NCBI GenBank assembly: GCA_035622155.1
Contig: DASPVW010000036.1
Span: forward strand, 269,890 to 333,889
DNA from: Candidatus Acidiferrales bacterium
GTDB taxonomy: Bacteria > Acidobacteriota > Terriglobia > Acidiferrales > UBA7541
Direction of reading: 5' to 3'
Length of the DNA: 64,000 nucleotides
The translations under genes and the position numbers were made by a program. Under the pieces are notes generated by a model. The model made no database searches. It was given only the letters and a program-made list of their open reading frames with translations, and was not told the DNA's origin. Positions 35,718 through 45,001 of this stretch are shown here, piece by piece; position 1 is the first letter of the stretch; each line of letters begins with the position of its first letter.

Positions 35718-36890
35718 ATGCTGCGATTCGTCACGGCCGGGGAGTCCCATGGACAGGCGCTGGTGGCTTGGCTCTCGGGGCTGCCGGCCGGGATTCCGAT
35801 CGATCTCGATTTTGTTGGGCGCGAGTTGCATCGCCGGCAATTAGGGTACGGACGCGGTGGACGTCAGCGTATTGAAAAGGACCAAGCCGAATTTCTCGCG
35901 GGAGTTCGTCACGGGAGAACCATCGGTGCTCCCATCGCGCTCCGAATCGAAAATCGAGACTGGAAGAATTGGGAGCAGGCGCTCCCCGTGGAGGATAGCG
36001 AAGGCGCCGAAGATCAACGGCGCCGCTTGACGGCTCCTAGACCGGGGCACGCGGATCTAGCCGGGGCGCAAAAGTTCAATTTTCACGACGCCCGCTACGT
36101 GTTGGAGCGAGCCTCAGCCCGCGAAACGGCCGCGCGCGTGGCCGCTGGGGCGCTCGCCAAGCTTTTTCTAAGTGAGTTCGGTGTCACGGTTTTAAGCCAT
36201 ACGCTTGCAGTGGGCCATGTGCGGTTGGCGCGCGCCGCCACATGGGACGAGATTGTGGCGGTCTGCGAGAATCTCGAGTCGCCGTTGCGTTGCGTCGATC
36301 CAGGCACGGAAGCCAAAATGAAGGCGGAGGTGGACGGTGCGTTGCGGGCGGGCGATTCGGTCGGCGGAATTTTTGAGGTGATCGCTCGTGGGGTTCCTCC
36401 GGGGTTGGGCAACCATAGCCAATGGGACGAAAAGCTGGACGGGAGGCTCGCACGCGCCGTGATCTCGATTCAAGCCGTGAAGGCTGTCGAAATCGGAACC
36501 GGTGTCGAGAACTCGCAAAGCTACGGCTCCGAGGTACAGGATGAGATTCGTTACGACGGGTCGCTTAAGAGGTTTGACCGCTCGTCGAATCGCGCGGGCG
36601 GGCTGGAAGGCGGCATTACGAATGGCCAAGATATCGTGGTGCGAGGATATCTGAAGCCGATTTCCACGTTGCGCCGGCCACTGTTGACGGCGGATCTGAA
36701 CACGAAAGAAGCCGTGAAGGCAGCCTACGAGCGCTCTGATGTGTGTGTCGTGCCCGCCGCGGGCGTCGCTGGCGAAGCCATGGTGGCGATCGAGGTGGCG
36801 GGCGCGTTTTTGGAAAAATTCGGCGGAGACTCTCTCGAAGAGACACGCCGAAATTTCCAAGGCTACGAGCAGCAACTGGACACCTTTTAG
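35718..36890 (+). CDS. aroC: Chorismate synthase
   Basis: MLRFVTAGESHGQALV... and RPGHAD motifs. 390 aa. Confidence 0.95.
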   Translation: MLRFVTAGESHGQALVAWLSGLPAGIPIDLDFVGRELHRRQLGYGRGGRQRIEKDQAEFLAGVRHGRTIGAPIALRIENRDWKNWEQALPVEDSEGAEDQRRRLTAPRPGHADLAGAQKFNFHDARYVLERASARETAARVAAGALAKLFLSEFGVTVLSHTLAVGHVRLARAATWDEIVAVCENLESPLRCVDPGTEAKMKAEVDGALRAGDSVGGIFEVIARGVPPGLGNHSQWDEKLDGRLARAVISIQAVKAVEIGTGVENSQSYGSEVQDEIRYDGSLKRFDRSSNRAGGLEGGITNGQDIVVRGYLKPISTLRRPLLTADLNTKEAVKAAYERSDVCVVPAAGVAGEAMVAIEVAGAFLEKFGGDSLEETRRNFQGYEQQLDTF

Positions 36891-36910
36891 CGGATTCGAC
36901 CAGGCGTACG

Positions 36911-37420
36911 ATGATTCATCCGATTGTGAAATACGGAAGTTCGGTGCTCGAAACACCCACCCAGCGGGTGGAGACGTTCGACGAGGCATTGCAGACGCTC
37001 GTCGCGGATATGTTCGAATCGATGTACGCCGCCAATGGCGTAGGGCTCGCGGCGCCCCAGATCGGCATCGGAAAGCGGCTGACGGTGATCGACGTCAGCA
37101 ATGGAAAGAATCCGGAGGCCAGGATCGTCTGCGCGAACCCGGAAATTGTGCACTCGGAAGGCGAGCAACGCGAGGAAGAAGGGTGTCTGTCGCTGCCCGG
37201 CTTCCGCGGACACGTCCTCCGGCCTCAATTTGTGACGATCCGTGCACAGGACGCTACGGGAAAGGAGTTCGAAATGCGTGGGGAAGGGCTGCTGGCCCGT
37301 GCTTTCTGCCACGAGATCGACCACCTCAATGGAGTCCTTTTTCTTGCGCATCTCAGCCTGCTCAAGCGCGACCTCATCAAGAGAAAAATCCGCAAGATGA
37401 AAAAAGCCGGCGAGTGGTAG
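36911..37420 (+). CDS. def: Peptide deformylase
   Basis: Start re-picked at ATG 36911. Motifs GVGLAAPQIG, EGCLS and HEIDHLNG. Confidence 0.95.
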   Translation: MIHPIVKYGSSVLETPTQRVETFDEALQTLVADMFESMYAANGVGLAAPQIGIGKRLTVIDVSNGKNPEARIVCANPEIVHSEGEQREEEGCLSLPGFRGHVLRPQFVTIRAQDATGKEFEMRGEGLLARAFCHEIDHLNGVLFLAHLSLLKRDLIKRKIRKMKKAGEW

Positions 37421-37427
37421 GAGGACC

Positions 37428-38399
37428 GTGGCGTTGCGAACTGTCTTTTGCGGCACGCCGGCGTTTGCCGTTCCTTCGTTCGAGTCAGTGCGGAAGGAGC
37501 CGGATTTTCAGATCGTCGGAGTTGTCACTCAACCGGATCGGCCCCGGGGGCGCGGCCAACAGGTGCACAGCTCACCGGTGAAGGAGGCGGCGCTCGCCGC
37601 CGCTATTCCCGTCTACCAGCCCCAGAAAATCAAGTCGGACGAAGCGTACGAGCATTTTACGCACCTTCGGCCGGACGTGGTCGTCATCATCGCCTACGGC
37701 CAGATCATACCGCCGCGCCTGATTGCGATTCCGCGCTTCGGCTGGATCAATCTACATGCCTCGTTGCTTCCGAAATATCGCGGCGCCGCCCCCATCAACT
37801 GGGCGATCTTGAACGGTGAAGACGTGACCGGTGTCACTACGATGCAAATCGACACGGGACTCGACACAGGGCCCACGCTGTTGGAGCAGGTGGTTGAAAT
37901 CGGGAAAGACGAGACTGCCCCCGAGCTGGCCGAGCGCCTGGCCCGAGCCGGCGCCACCCTGATGGTGCGAACGCTGCGAAAGCTTGCGAGCGGCGAGATC
38001 ACCCCGGCACCCCAAGATCACTTGAAGGCGACATTTGCGCCGCCACTGAAGAAGGAGGACGGGCGCATCGATTGGTCGCGACCCCCTCTCCACACCTACA
38101 ACCAGATTCGGGGACTTCAACCCTGGCCCGGGGCGTTTACGACCTTTCGCGGCCAGAGGTGCCAGATTTGGGCCCGGCCGGTTCCGCGTACCGAGCTGCG
38201 ATGGTCAGGCCCTTCGAGGGCCCGCCAGTTTTCGCCGCCCGGCACCCTTGAGCTCTTACCATCGGAAGTGCTGGTTCGTTCGGGCGAAAGCGAAGCGCTG
38301 CGTCTGGAGTTCGTTCAGATGGAAGGGCGCAAACGCATCACAGCGCGGGAATTTGTAAACGGCGCGCGCCTGGCACCCGGCGAACGTTTCAACGGCTAG
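37428..38399 (+). CDS. fmt: Methionyl-tRNA formyltransferase
   Basis: FCGTPAFAVPS, INLHASLLPKYRGAAPINWAI and a C-terminal OB-like domain. Confidence 0.95.
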   Translation: MALRTVFCGTPAFAVPSFESVRKEPDFQIVGVVTQPDRPRGRGQQVHSSPVKEAALAAAIPVYQPQKIKSDEAYEHFTHLRPDVVVIIAYGQIIPPRLIAIPRFGWINLHASLLPKYRGAAPINWAILNGEDVTGVTTMQIDTGLDTGPTLLEQVVEIGKDETAPELAERLARAGATLMVRTLRKLASGEITPAPQDHLKATFAPPLKKEDGRIDWSRPPLHTYNQIRGLQPWPGAFTTFRGQRCQIWARPVPRTELRWSGPSRARQFSPPGTLELLPSEVLVRSGESEALRLEFVQMEGRKRITAREFVNGARLAPGERFNG

Positions 38400-38411
38400 C
38401 AGGGAGCGGCG

Positions 38412-39791
38412 ATGACCGTTTCTCCCGCAAGACGGATTGCCTACCAGGTGTTGCGCCAGGTCGAGGCGGAGCGAGCCTATGCCAGTGACGTGCTCCACGA
38501 AGCGCTCGATGTGCGCGTAAAGCCGGCCGACGCTGCGCTGGCAACGGAAATCACGCTGGGAGTTCTTCGCTGGCGGCGCCTGCTTGATTTTCTCCTCAAT
38601 CGGCATCTGCAGAAAACGATCGAAAGACTTGATCTGGCTGTCGCGCTCGCGCTGCGAATTGGTCTTTATCAGCTTCGTTTCCTCGAGAGGATTCCAACGC
38701 GAGCAGCGGTGAATGAATCGGTTGAGCTCGTGAAGATGGCGCGCAAGACCTCGGCTGCGTCACTGGTAAACGCCGTGCTGCACAAGGCTGCAGCTGAAGC
38801 CGCATCTCCCGTCGAGCAATTCCTGGGTGCGAACCTTCCGCACACAGAGCGGCTCGCGATCCTTCATTCTCACCCGACCTGGATGGTCGAGCGCTGGGTT
38901 TCGCGGCTGGGAGAAGCTCTCGCGATTCGAACCATGACCGCCAACAACGAAAGACCACGACTAAGCTGCGTGCTGGAAGGCGGCGATTTCCGTGAGGAGG
39001 TTCAAAGCGAGCTGGCACGCGCCGGTCTGCACATAGAGCCTGGACTGCTGCTGGAAAATGCGTTTGCTGCGACCGGCGGTAGCCCGAGACAAACGGAAGC
39101 CTTTCGCGCCGGCCTGCTTGCGATCCAAGACGAAGCTTCGCAAGCGGTGCCACTGCTATTGGGCGTCGAGCCCGGTGACTGGGTCATCGATCTTTGCGGC
39201 GCGCCCGGCGGGAAGACGCCTGCCTTGGCGCGAGCCTCCGGGACCACAGGCTTGGTCATCGCGGCCGACCGCTACTGGCACCGCCTGCGGGCCATGCGCG
39301 CGCACTTCAAGCGGCTCCGGCTTGCTGGCGTGTACCTGGTTGAGTTGAATGCGGAGCAACCGCTTCCGTTTCGCGAAACGTTCGACCGGATCCTTTTGGA
39401 CGCGCCCTGCTCTGGCACGGGCACGCTCGCGCGGCATCCCGAAATTCGCTGGCGGTTACGGCCGGAACAGCTTCCGGCGTTTCATCAATTGCAAGTTCGT
39501 CTGCTCGGGAACGCCATTCCCGCTCTCAAGCCGGGAGGACAGATGGTCTACTCGACCTGCTCGATGGAGCCAGAGGAAAACGAGCAAGTCGTCGCCAAGG
39601 TTCTCGACGCGGAGCCTTCGATTCGGCGCCTGGGGGCGCGCACGGTTATCGAGCGACTCCGACCCCATCTCAGAAAGGGGGTCGATGCAGAAACGTTTTT
39701 TGCAGGCGACGGCTACTTTCGCTCGTCTCCGGCAGCGCAGCACACCGACGGCTTTTTCGCCGCTACCCTGGAGCGCTCCCAATCGTGTTAG
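38412..39791 (+). CDS. rsmB: 16S rRNA (cytosine967-C5)-methyltransferase RsmB
   Basis: NusB-like N-terminus and a SAM methyltransferase core (DLCGAPGGKT, DAPCSGTG, YSTCS). Confidence 0.9.
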   Translation: MTVSPARRIAYQVLRQVEAERAYASDVLHEALDVRVKPADAALATEITLGVLRWRRLLDFLLNRHLQKTIERLDLAVALALRIGLYQLRFLERIPTRAAVNESVELVKMARKTSAASLVNAVLHKAAAEAASPVEQFLGANLPHTERLAILHSHPTWMVERWVSRLGEALAIRTMTANNERPRLSCVLEGGDFREEVQSELARAGLHIEPGLLLENAFAATGGSPRQTEAFRAGLLAIQDEASQAVPLLLGVEPGDWVIDLCGAPGGKTPALARASGTTGLVIAADRYWHRLRAMRAHFKRLRLAGVYLVELNAEQPLPFRETFDRILLDAPCSGTGTLARHPEIRWRLRPEQLPAFHQLQVRLLGNAIPALKPGGQMVYSTCSMEPEENEQVVAKVLDAEPSIRRLGARTVIERLRPHLRKGVDAETFFAGDGYFRSSPAAQHTDGFFAATLERSQSC

Positions 39792-39815
39792 GCTCACAGA
39801 AGAGGGTATGGGGAG

Positions 39816-40541
39816 TTGACTCTACGCGAGCGGCTTCAATGGATTCTGCGGATGGGATTACTGCTGTTCATCCTTTCGTCGGTAGGATTCCTGAGCGCGC
39901 TGACTGCGATGCGATTAGCGATCCAAGGTCGCCAGGTGACCATGCCGGATGTCGTCGGTGCGGGCGCCAACCAAGCCCAACAGCTTCTCCACAGCCGCAG
40001 CCTGGGCATGAAAGTGGAGGATCGCGTCTATAGCAATCTCGCCGTTGACGCTGTCGTCCGACAGAGCCCTCCTCCCAACACGCGGGTGAAAACGGGCCAA
40101 TATGCACACGTGGTGCTGAGCCTTGGTCCGCAGAGGGTATCGATTCCTGAGGTCAAGGATGTGAGTCTGCGTGCAGCGCAAGTCGAGCTACTGCGCAGCG
40201 GCATGCAAATCGGTGAAGTCTCTAACCTATATTCGCCCGACGCCGTTGCAGATACTGTGATCCTGCAAGATCCCGCCCCAGGTACAACGAACGTGCAAAG
40301 CCCCCGCGTCAACCTACTCGTCTCTCTGGGTCCGCGGCTGCCCGCCTTCGCCATGCCGGACCTTTCCGGTCTTACCGCTGCCGAAGCGGCGTCGAAATTG
40401 GGGATGGCAGGGTTGAAAATCACTAAGATCACGCCAGTTACGACCCTCGGGGTGACGGCTGGGACTGTCATCGGCCAGACCCCATCGCGGGGACAGCGTG
40501 TCGATGGCGGAACCCCGATTGAGCTCGAGGTCGCGCAGTAG
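39816..40541 (+). CDS. Membrane-anchored protein with three PASTA domains and no kinase or PBP domain
   Basis: N-terminal TM (GLLLFILSSVGFLSALTAM). Three units of about 65 aa each start V/F-x-(M/I)-P-(D/E)-(V/L) and end L-(S/E)-(L/V)-(G/A), which is the PASTA pattern. TTG start at 39816, or ATG at 39852. Confidence 0.75.
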   Translation: MTLRERLQWILRMGLLLFILSSVGFLSALTAMRLAIQGRQVTMPDVVGAGANQAQQLLHSRSLGMKVEDRVYSNLAVDAVVRQSPPPNTRVKTGQYAHVVLSLGPQRVSIPEVKDVSLRAAQVELLRSGMQIGEVSNLYSPDAVADTVILQDPAPGTTNVQSPRVNLLVSLGPRLPAFAMPDLSGLTAAEAASKLGMAGLKITKITPVTTLGVTAGTVIGQTPSRGQRVDGGTPIELEVAQ

Positions 40542-40577
40542 CGAACCTTTCCGGCTGTGCTAGTATCGAGGGGCTCG

Positions 40578-41264
40578 ATGCCACACGCAAGAATCGAACT
40601 CGCACCGTCGATCCTGGCTTGCAACTTCTCGAAGCTTGGCGACGAAGTTCGCGCCGTCGAGCAGGGGGGCGCGGATGTGATCCACGTCGACGTGATGGAC
40701 GGCCGCTTTGTTCCTAACATCACGATCGGGATTCCGGTGGTTGAATCCCTGCGGAAGACAACCCGATTGCCTCTCGACGTGCATCTCATGATCGACCGCC
40801 CCGAACAGTATGTGGAGGAATTCGTGCGCGCGGGTGCAAGCCGAGTACTGGTCCACGAGGAGGCGACCCCGCACCTTGACCGGGCGCTTGCGTTGATTCG
40901 CGAATCGGGAGCCGAGGCCGGCGCAGCAATCAACCCGGCGACACCGGTGATGATGCTGACGGAGGTTCTGGACAAGGTAGATACGGTGCTGGTGATGTCC
41001 GTCAATCCCGGTTTCGGAGGGCAGAAGTTCATCCCCGGAGCCTTTGAGAAAATTCGGCAGCTTGATCAGTGGCGTACGCGCTATAATGGCACGTTTCGAA
41101 TTCAGGTAGATGGTGGCGTGGAGGTCGAAAACGTAGGGGAGCTGGCGCAGGCCGGCGCCAATACCTTCGTGGCGGGGACGTCGGTCTTCCACACACCCGA
41201 TCCGGCAGCGGCCACGCGACAGCTGCGTAAACTTGCAACCGAGGCTCTCAGTCAGAAGGTCTGA
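40578..41264 (+). CDS. rpe: Ribulose-phosphate 3-epimerase
   Basis: Start re-picked at ATG 40578. Motifs IELAPSILACNF, HVDVMDGRFVPN and MSVNPGFGGQKF. Confidence 0.95.
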   Translation: MPHARIELAPSILACNFSKLGDEVRAVEQGGADVIHVDVMDGRFVPNITIGIPVVESLRKTTRLPLDVHLMIDRPEQYVEEFVRAGASRVLVHEEATPHLDRALALIRESGAEAGAAINPATPVMMLTEVLDKVDTVLVMSVNPGFGGQKFIPGAFEKIRQLDQWRTRYNGTFRIQVDGGVEVENVGELAQAGANTFVAGTSVFHTPDPAAATRQLRKLATEALSQKV

Positions 41265-41267
41265 TTC

Positions 41268-42773
41268 GTGCGCGAATTTCCTCTCACAATGGACCGTCGT
41301 TTGATCGTGGTTCTTGCCCTGTTTCTCGCCGGGCTCGGGTCCCCTGCGACGTACGGACAGAAACCCCACGTCACCAAGGTTAAGCCCACGAAGACGCCCG
41401 ATACCACCCAGACGGCCGAACCCGACAAGGTACTCTACGATCGCGCTATGGCCGACTTGAAACACACGAAGTATACCGAGGCGCGTTTAGACCTCCAGAC
41501 CCTCATCAACACCTACCCGGATAGCGAGTATCTCGCCAAGGCCAAGCTGGGGATCGCCGATTCGTTTTACAAAGAGGGCGGCACTTCGAACCTCACTCAG
41601 GCGGTCGACGAATACAAGAATTTCATTGTTTTTTTCCCTTTCCTGGATGAGGCCGCCTACGCGCAGATGCAAGTGGCGATGTGCCATTATCGAATGATGG
41701 AGAAGGCGGATCGCGACAACAGCCAGGCTCAATCTGCCGAGGATGAGTTTCGGACGTTTCTGCTGAAATTTCCGCAAAGCCCGCTGTTGCCGCGTGCCGA
41801 ACAGGACTTGCGCAATGTGCAAGAAGTCTTGGCCGATGGCGAATACAGGATTGCCCATTTCTACTACGTGAAGCAGGATTATCGCGCTTCGGCGGCGCGC
41901 CTGGTGGAACTAACCGGCAGATACCCGCTGTATAGCCAGAGCGACGTAGCGCTCTGGATGCTCGGCAACATCTACCAGCGCGCCAAACAGGCCTCGAAGA
42001 ACGAGGACGACAAAAACCACTGGGGCGACTTAGCCGCGCAATGCTACAACCGGATCGTCAAAGATTATCCACTCTCGAAGCTGGCGCCAGACGCCAAAGC
42101 TCACCTGACCGCGATGGGGATGCCGGTTCCCAAGGCTGATCCGGAGGCCTTGGCGCGAATGCAAAAGCAGCAATTGTTTGAGAAGGAACACCACCCCAAT
42201 CCTGTGACGGCGACCACCGTGGGGATGGTGAAAGCCAATCCCGATGTCCACCTGGCCGCACAAGTGGGCCAACCGAATTTGAACCCGCCCGACGACTCCG
42301 TCTCGGCGACCGAGGTTTTAAGCCAGGGCGCGGCGGGCCCGAGGTTTAATCTCGCTGCGGGCGTGGCCTCCTCGAGATCGGATTCGGCGTCCAGCGATAC
42401 CGAATCGGTGGAGTCGTCTTCGCCTGACACCTCCACGGCATCAGCCGGCGCCCAGATCATTGCGGCGCCAACGACGGCGGCAGCCGCCGATCCTGCGGCG
42501 CAGCCTGCCCCGTCAACGATGACCAGCTTACCTACGGCACCGACGACCGCACCGCAGGCTGTCAGTGAGAATTCGGCTGCGCCAGCAAGCGCGGCCGTGA
42601 ATTCTCCAACCCCGCCCCCTGGATCCTCGCAGGCTGTGGCAACTCCCCCCGCCAGTGGAGGTTCGAATCCCTCTTCTGCGCAGTCCTCAAGCCAGTCTGC
42701 GAACAACCAGGACGACTCCAAGAACGAATCCAGCAGCAAGAAAAAGAAGGGCCTGCACAAGCTGATTCCGTAG
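41268..42773 (+). CDS. bamD: Outer-membrane assembly lipoprotein BamD (YfiO) with about 200-aa Ser/Ala/Pro-rich C-terminal tail
   Basis: Signal peptide and a TPR-like BamD core (LYDRAMADLKHTKYTEARLDLQTLINTYPDSEYLAKAKL...YRIAHFYYVKQDYRASAARL). The low-complexity tail begins around aa 300. Confidence 0.75.
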   Translation: MREFPLTMDRRLIVVLALFLAGLGSPATYGQKPHVTKVKPTKTPDTTQTAEPDKVLYDRAMADLKHTKYTEARLDLQTLINTYPDSEYLAKAKLGIADSFYKEGGTSNLTQAVDEYKNFIVFFPFLDEAAYAQMQVAMCHYRMMEKADRDNSQAQSAEDEFRTFLLKFPQSPLLPRAEQDLRNVQEVLADGEYRIAHFYYVKQDYRASAARLVELTGRYPLYSQSDVALWMLGNIYQRAKQASKNEDDKNHWGDLAAQCYNRIVKDYPLSKLAPDAKAHLTAMGMPVPKADPEALARMQKQQLFEKEHHPNPVTATTVGMVKANPDVHLAAQVGQPNLNPPDDSVSATEVLSQGAAGPRFNLAAGVASSRSDSASSDTESVESSSPDTSTASAGAQIIAAPTTAAAADPAAQPAPSTMTSLPTAPTTAPQAVSENSAAPASAAVNSPTPPPGSSQAVATPPASGGSNPSSAQSSSQSANNQDDSKNESSSKKKKGLHKLIP

Positions 42774-42884
42774 CGTTGCCCCGGTGTACCCCCTACTAAC
42801 AACTGTAGCACCCTGCTTGCTCTACTCCGTTGACGGCCTCTCTCGGTAATGCTGCAATAGTCTTTACGCGAGGCGGATGGCGCA

Positions 42885-44858
42885 GTGCCGGGAGTGCGCG
42901 TCCCGAGGGAACCCCCAGTGCCCAAAATCTTGGTCGCGGACGATAATGCCAACATTCAAAAGATGGTCGCGCTGTCGTTTGAAGACCGTGGTGTCGCAGT
43001 CGTCTCGGTCGGCAACGGCGAGGCGGCTGTGCGGCGCATCCCCGATCTGAAGCCGGACCTGGTGCTCGCAGACATTTTCATGCCTGTGCGCAACGGCTAC
43101 GAAGTCTGCGAGTTCGTCAAAAAAGACGAGCGATTCTCGCATGTGCCCGTCATTTTGCTTGTCGGCGCTTTTGATCCCCTCGATGAAAAAGAGGCGCGGC
43201 GCGTGGGTGCCGATGGCGTTCTAAAGAAACCCTTCGTTCCGCCCGATCCGCTGATCGCTATGGTGATGTCCGCGCTAGAAAAGAATCCCAAGGTCGCCGC
43301 CGAGTTGGCCAAGGCGCGAGAAGCCAAAGAAGCGCCGCCGATGGTGATTGAATCGATTCCTGAACCCGCGACTTCCGCGCGTGCGGAGCTCAAACCACTG
43401 CCTGATTTTCCAGAGCCCACTCCGGAGGAAGCGGCTCTCGTGTACGGCTTCGGGACCGGCCGCCGGGCGCTGGACGACGCGCCGTCGGAGGCCGAGATGT
43501 CGAACGAGCCGAAGCCACCGGTCGCTGAGTCGGAAGAAGTGGCCGAGGACGACTTCGACGAATCATCCACGGCGCGCGACTGGCGTCGCAACGCCATGGA
43601 GATTGAGATTCCCCCGGAAGCCGTCAACAAGCCGGCATTCGCAACCGACCTCGATTCGTCCCAGTTTCCTTCTGAGCGCGAGGTGCCTCCCCGTCGCGTT
43701 CCCTTCCCCAAAGAAGAAGAGGTGGAGAACACAAATTCGCTCGCGACCTTCGAAGCTCCGACGCCGGCTGAGCCGATGTCGGCTGAGGTGCCTGAGCCCG
43801 CCTCGGCGAGTGCTCCCGGGCCGGATTTCTTTGCGCCAACTGACCCGACCCCCGTCGTGGAAGCAGAAGCCACGGTGGCCCACCCAGCTCCCTTTGAACC
43901 GGAGCCCGCGCCTGACGTGGAGACTGCGCCGCAGTCGGGCCCCTCTCACTGGATGGACCAACTGGCGCAGGGTTCCTCCGATCATCCGGCGGCCGATTGG
44001 ATGAGCGTCCTGTCGGAGCAGACGGCAAACGATACAAGTTTCGTGTCTCCGGAACCTGAGGGCGAGGGTCGGTATGCGCCGCCCGCCCCTGCCACCGAGA
44101 CCCCTCAAAGCGAGCCCGACGCACCTTTCGATTCCGACGTGCGGACTACCCCCAGCGTCGAAGCAGCCGAGGAATCCTTCTTTGCGGACGAAGCGCCCCC
44201 GAGTGCGTCCTGGTCTTATCCGGTTGAGCACGTCACGCCAGCGCCGACAGAAACCGCGGCGGAAACCATCGAGGCCCAGACCGCTGAACCGCTGCCGCTT
44301 GCTAGTTCGAAAACCGACGAGAGTTTTCAGGCGGACTCGAAACCCGAGCTGGCAGCCGGCTATCAGGACCCGGATCTGATGCAGCCGCCGGCCGTTCACG
44401 TTACGCCCGAGCCCCTGCTGGTGGAAGACGACTTGCAGGGTACGTCGCACTACGAGGTCGCTCAACAGGACTTAGAGCCGACGCACTTATTCACGCCGCC
44501 GGTCGCTCCAGCACCTCCAGTCGAAGAGCCTCCGTCGCCAGAAGCCCTCGGCAGTGCCGAGGAGCCTTTGTCCTTGCTCGAAACCAAGACCACCGAGGTC
44601 GAGGGGAACGAGCGCATTCCGACTGGCCCGCCGCCCAGCCGCGAGGCCCTCGCCGAGATTCCTTTCCTAACGCCTCCTCCGGATTTTCGCACGCAGCCTC
44701 AGGAACAGGCTACCGCCGATCCAGGGACAGTCGATGCTGTCGTGCAGAAAGTGCTTGAAAAGCTCCAACCCCAGCTCCACGATCTGCTTTCGCAGGGCGT
44801 TCTGAAACCGCTGGTCGAAAACCTCCTGCAGAACGAAACGGCCAAAAAAGAGAAGTGA
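42885..44858 (+). CDS. Response-regulator receiver domain fused to about 520 aa acidic/Pro-rich disordered region
   Basis: REC: KILVADDN...DLVLADIFMP...VLKKPF. The remainder is low-complexity (E/P/A/S/T-rich), except for a conserved-looking C-terminal amphipathic helix (VDAVVQKVLEKLQPQLHDLLSQGVLKPLVENLL). Confidence 0.7.
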   Translation: MPGVRVPREPPVPKILVADDNANIQKMVALSFEDRGVAVVSVGNGEAAVRRIPDLKPDLVLADIFMPVRNGYEVCEFVKKDERFSHVPVILLVGAFDPLDEKEARRVGADGVLKKPFVPPDPLIAMVMSALEKNPKVAAELAKAREAKEAPPMVIESIPEPATSARAELKPLPDFPEPTPEEAALVYGFGTGRRALDDAPSEAEMSNEPKPPVAESEEVAEDDFDESSTARDWRRNAMEIEIPPEAVNKPAFATDLDSSQFPSEREVPPRRVPFPKEEEVENTNSLATFEAPTPAEPMSAEVPEPASASAPGPDFFAPTDPTPVVEAEATVAHPAPFEPEPAPDVETAPQSGPSHWMDQLAQGSSDHPAADWMSVLSEQTANDTSFVSPEPEGEGRYAPPAPATETPQSEPDAPFDSDVRTTPSVEAAEESFFADEAPPSASWSYPVEHVTPAPTETAAETIEAQTAEPLPLASSKTDESFQADSKPELAAGYQDPDLMQPPAVHVTPEPLLVEDDLQGTSHYEVAQQDLEPTHLFTPPVAPAPPVEEPPSPEALGSAEEPLSLLETKTTEVEGNERIPTGPPPSREALAEIPFLTPPPDFRTQPQEQATADPGTVDAVVQKVLEKLQPQLHDLLSQGVLKPLVENLLQNETAKKEK

Positions 44859-44929
44859 CGAACCGGACCGATTTTGATCTCGCGATCTGATGAAGATGGT
44901 TCGGTAGAGTCTTCGTCGACGTTCGCGAT

Positions 44930-44959
44930 TTGACGCGCTCCGCACACGCCCCTTATATT
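44930..44959 (+). promoter_or_regulatory. sigma70-like promoter candidate for valS
   Basis: TTGACG (44930-44935), an 18-nt spacer, then TATATT (44954-44959), about 43 nt upstream of the valS ATG. Confidence 0.4.
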
Positions 44960-45001
44960 GGCCTTTTGGCATCTCGAAGAAATTCAATCCATTAGGGAAT
45001 C

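Noticed and set aside
42101-44465. Several 160-300-aa ORFs in both strands across the bamD tail and the response-regulator disordered region (42101..42955, 43097..43873, 43348..44004, 43563..44465, 43624..44124).
   Set aside because: They overlap one another and lie in low-complexity GC-rich coding sequence. Only the frames continuous with the BamD core and the REC domain have a recognisable domain and a sensible start.
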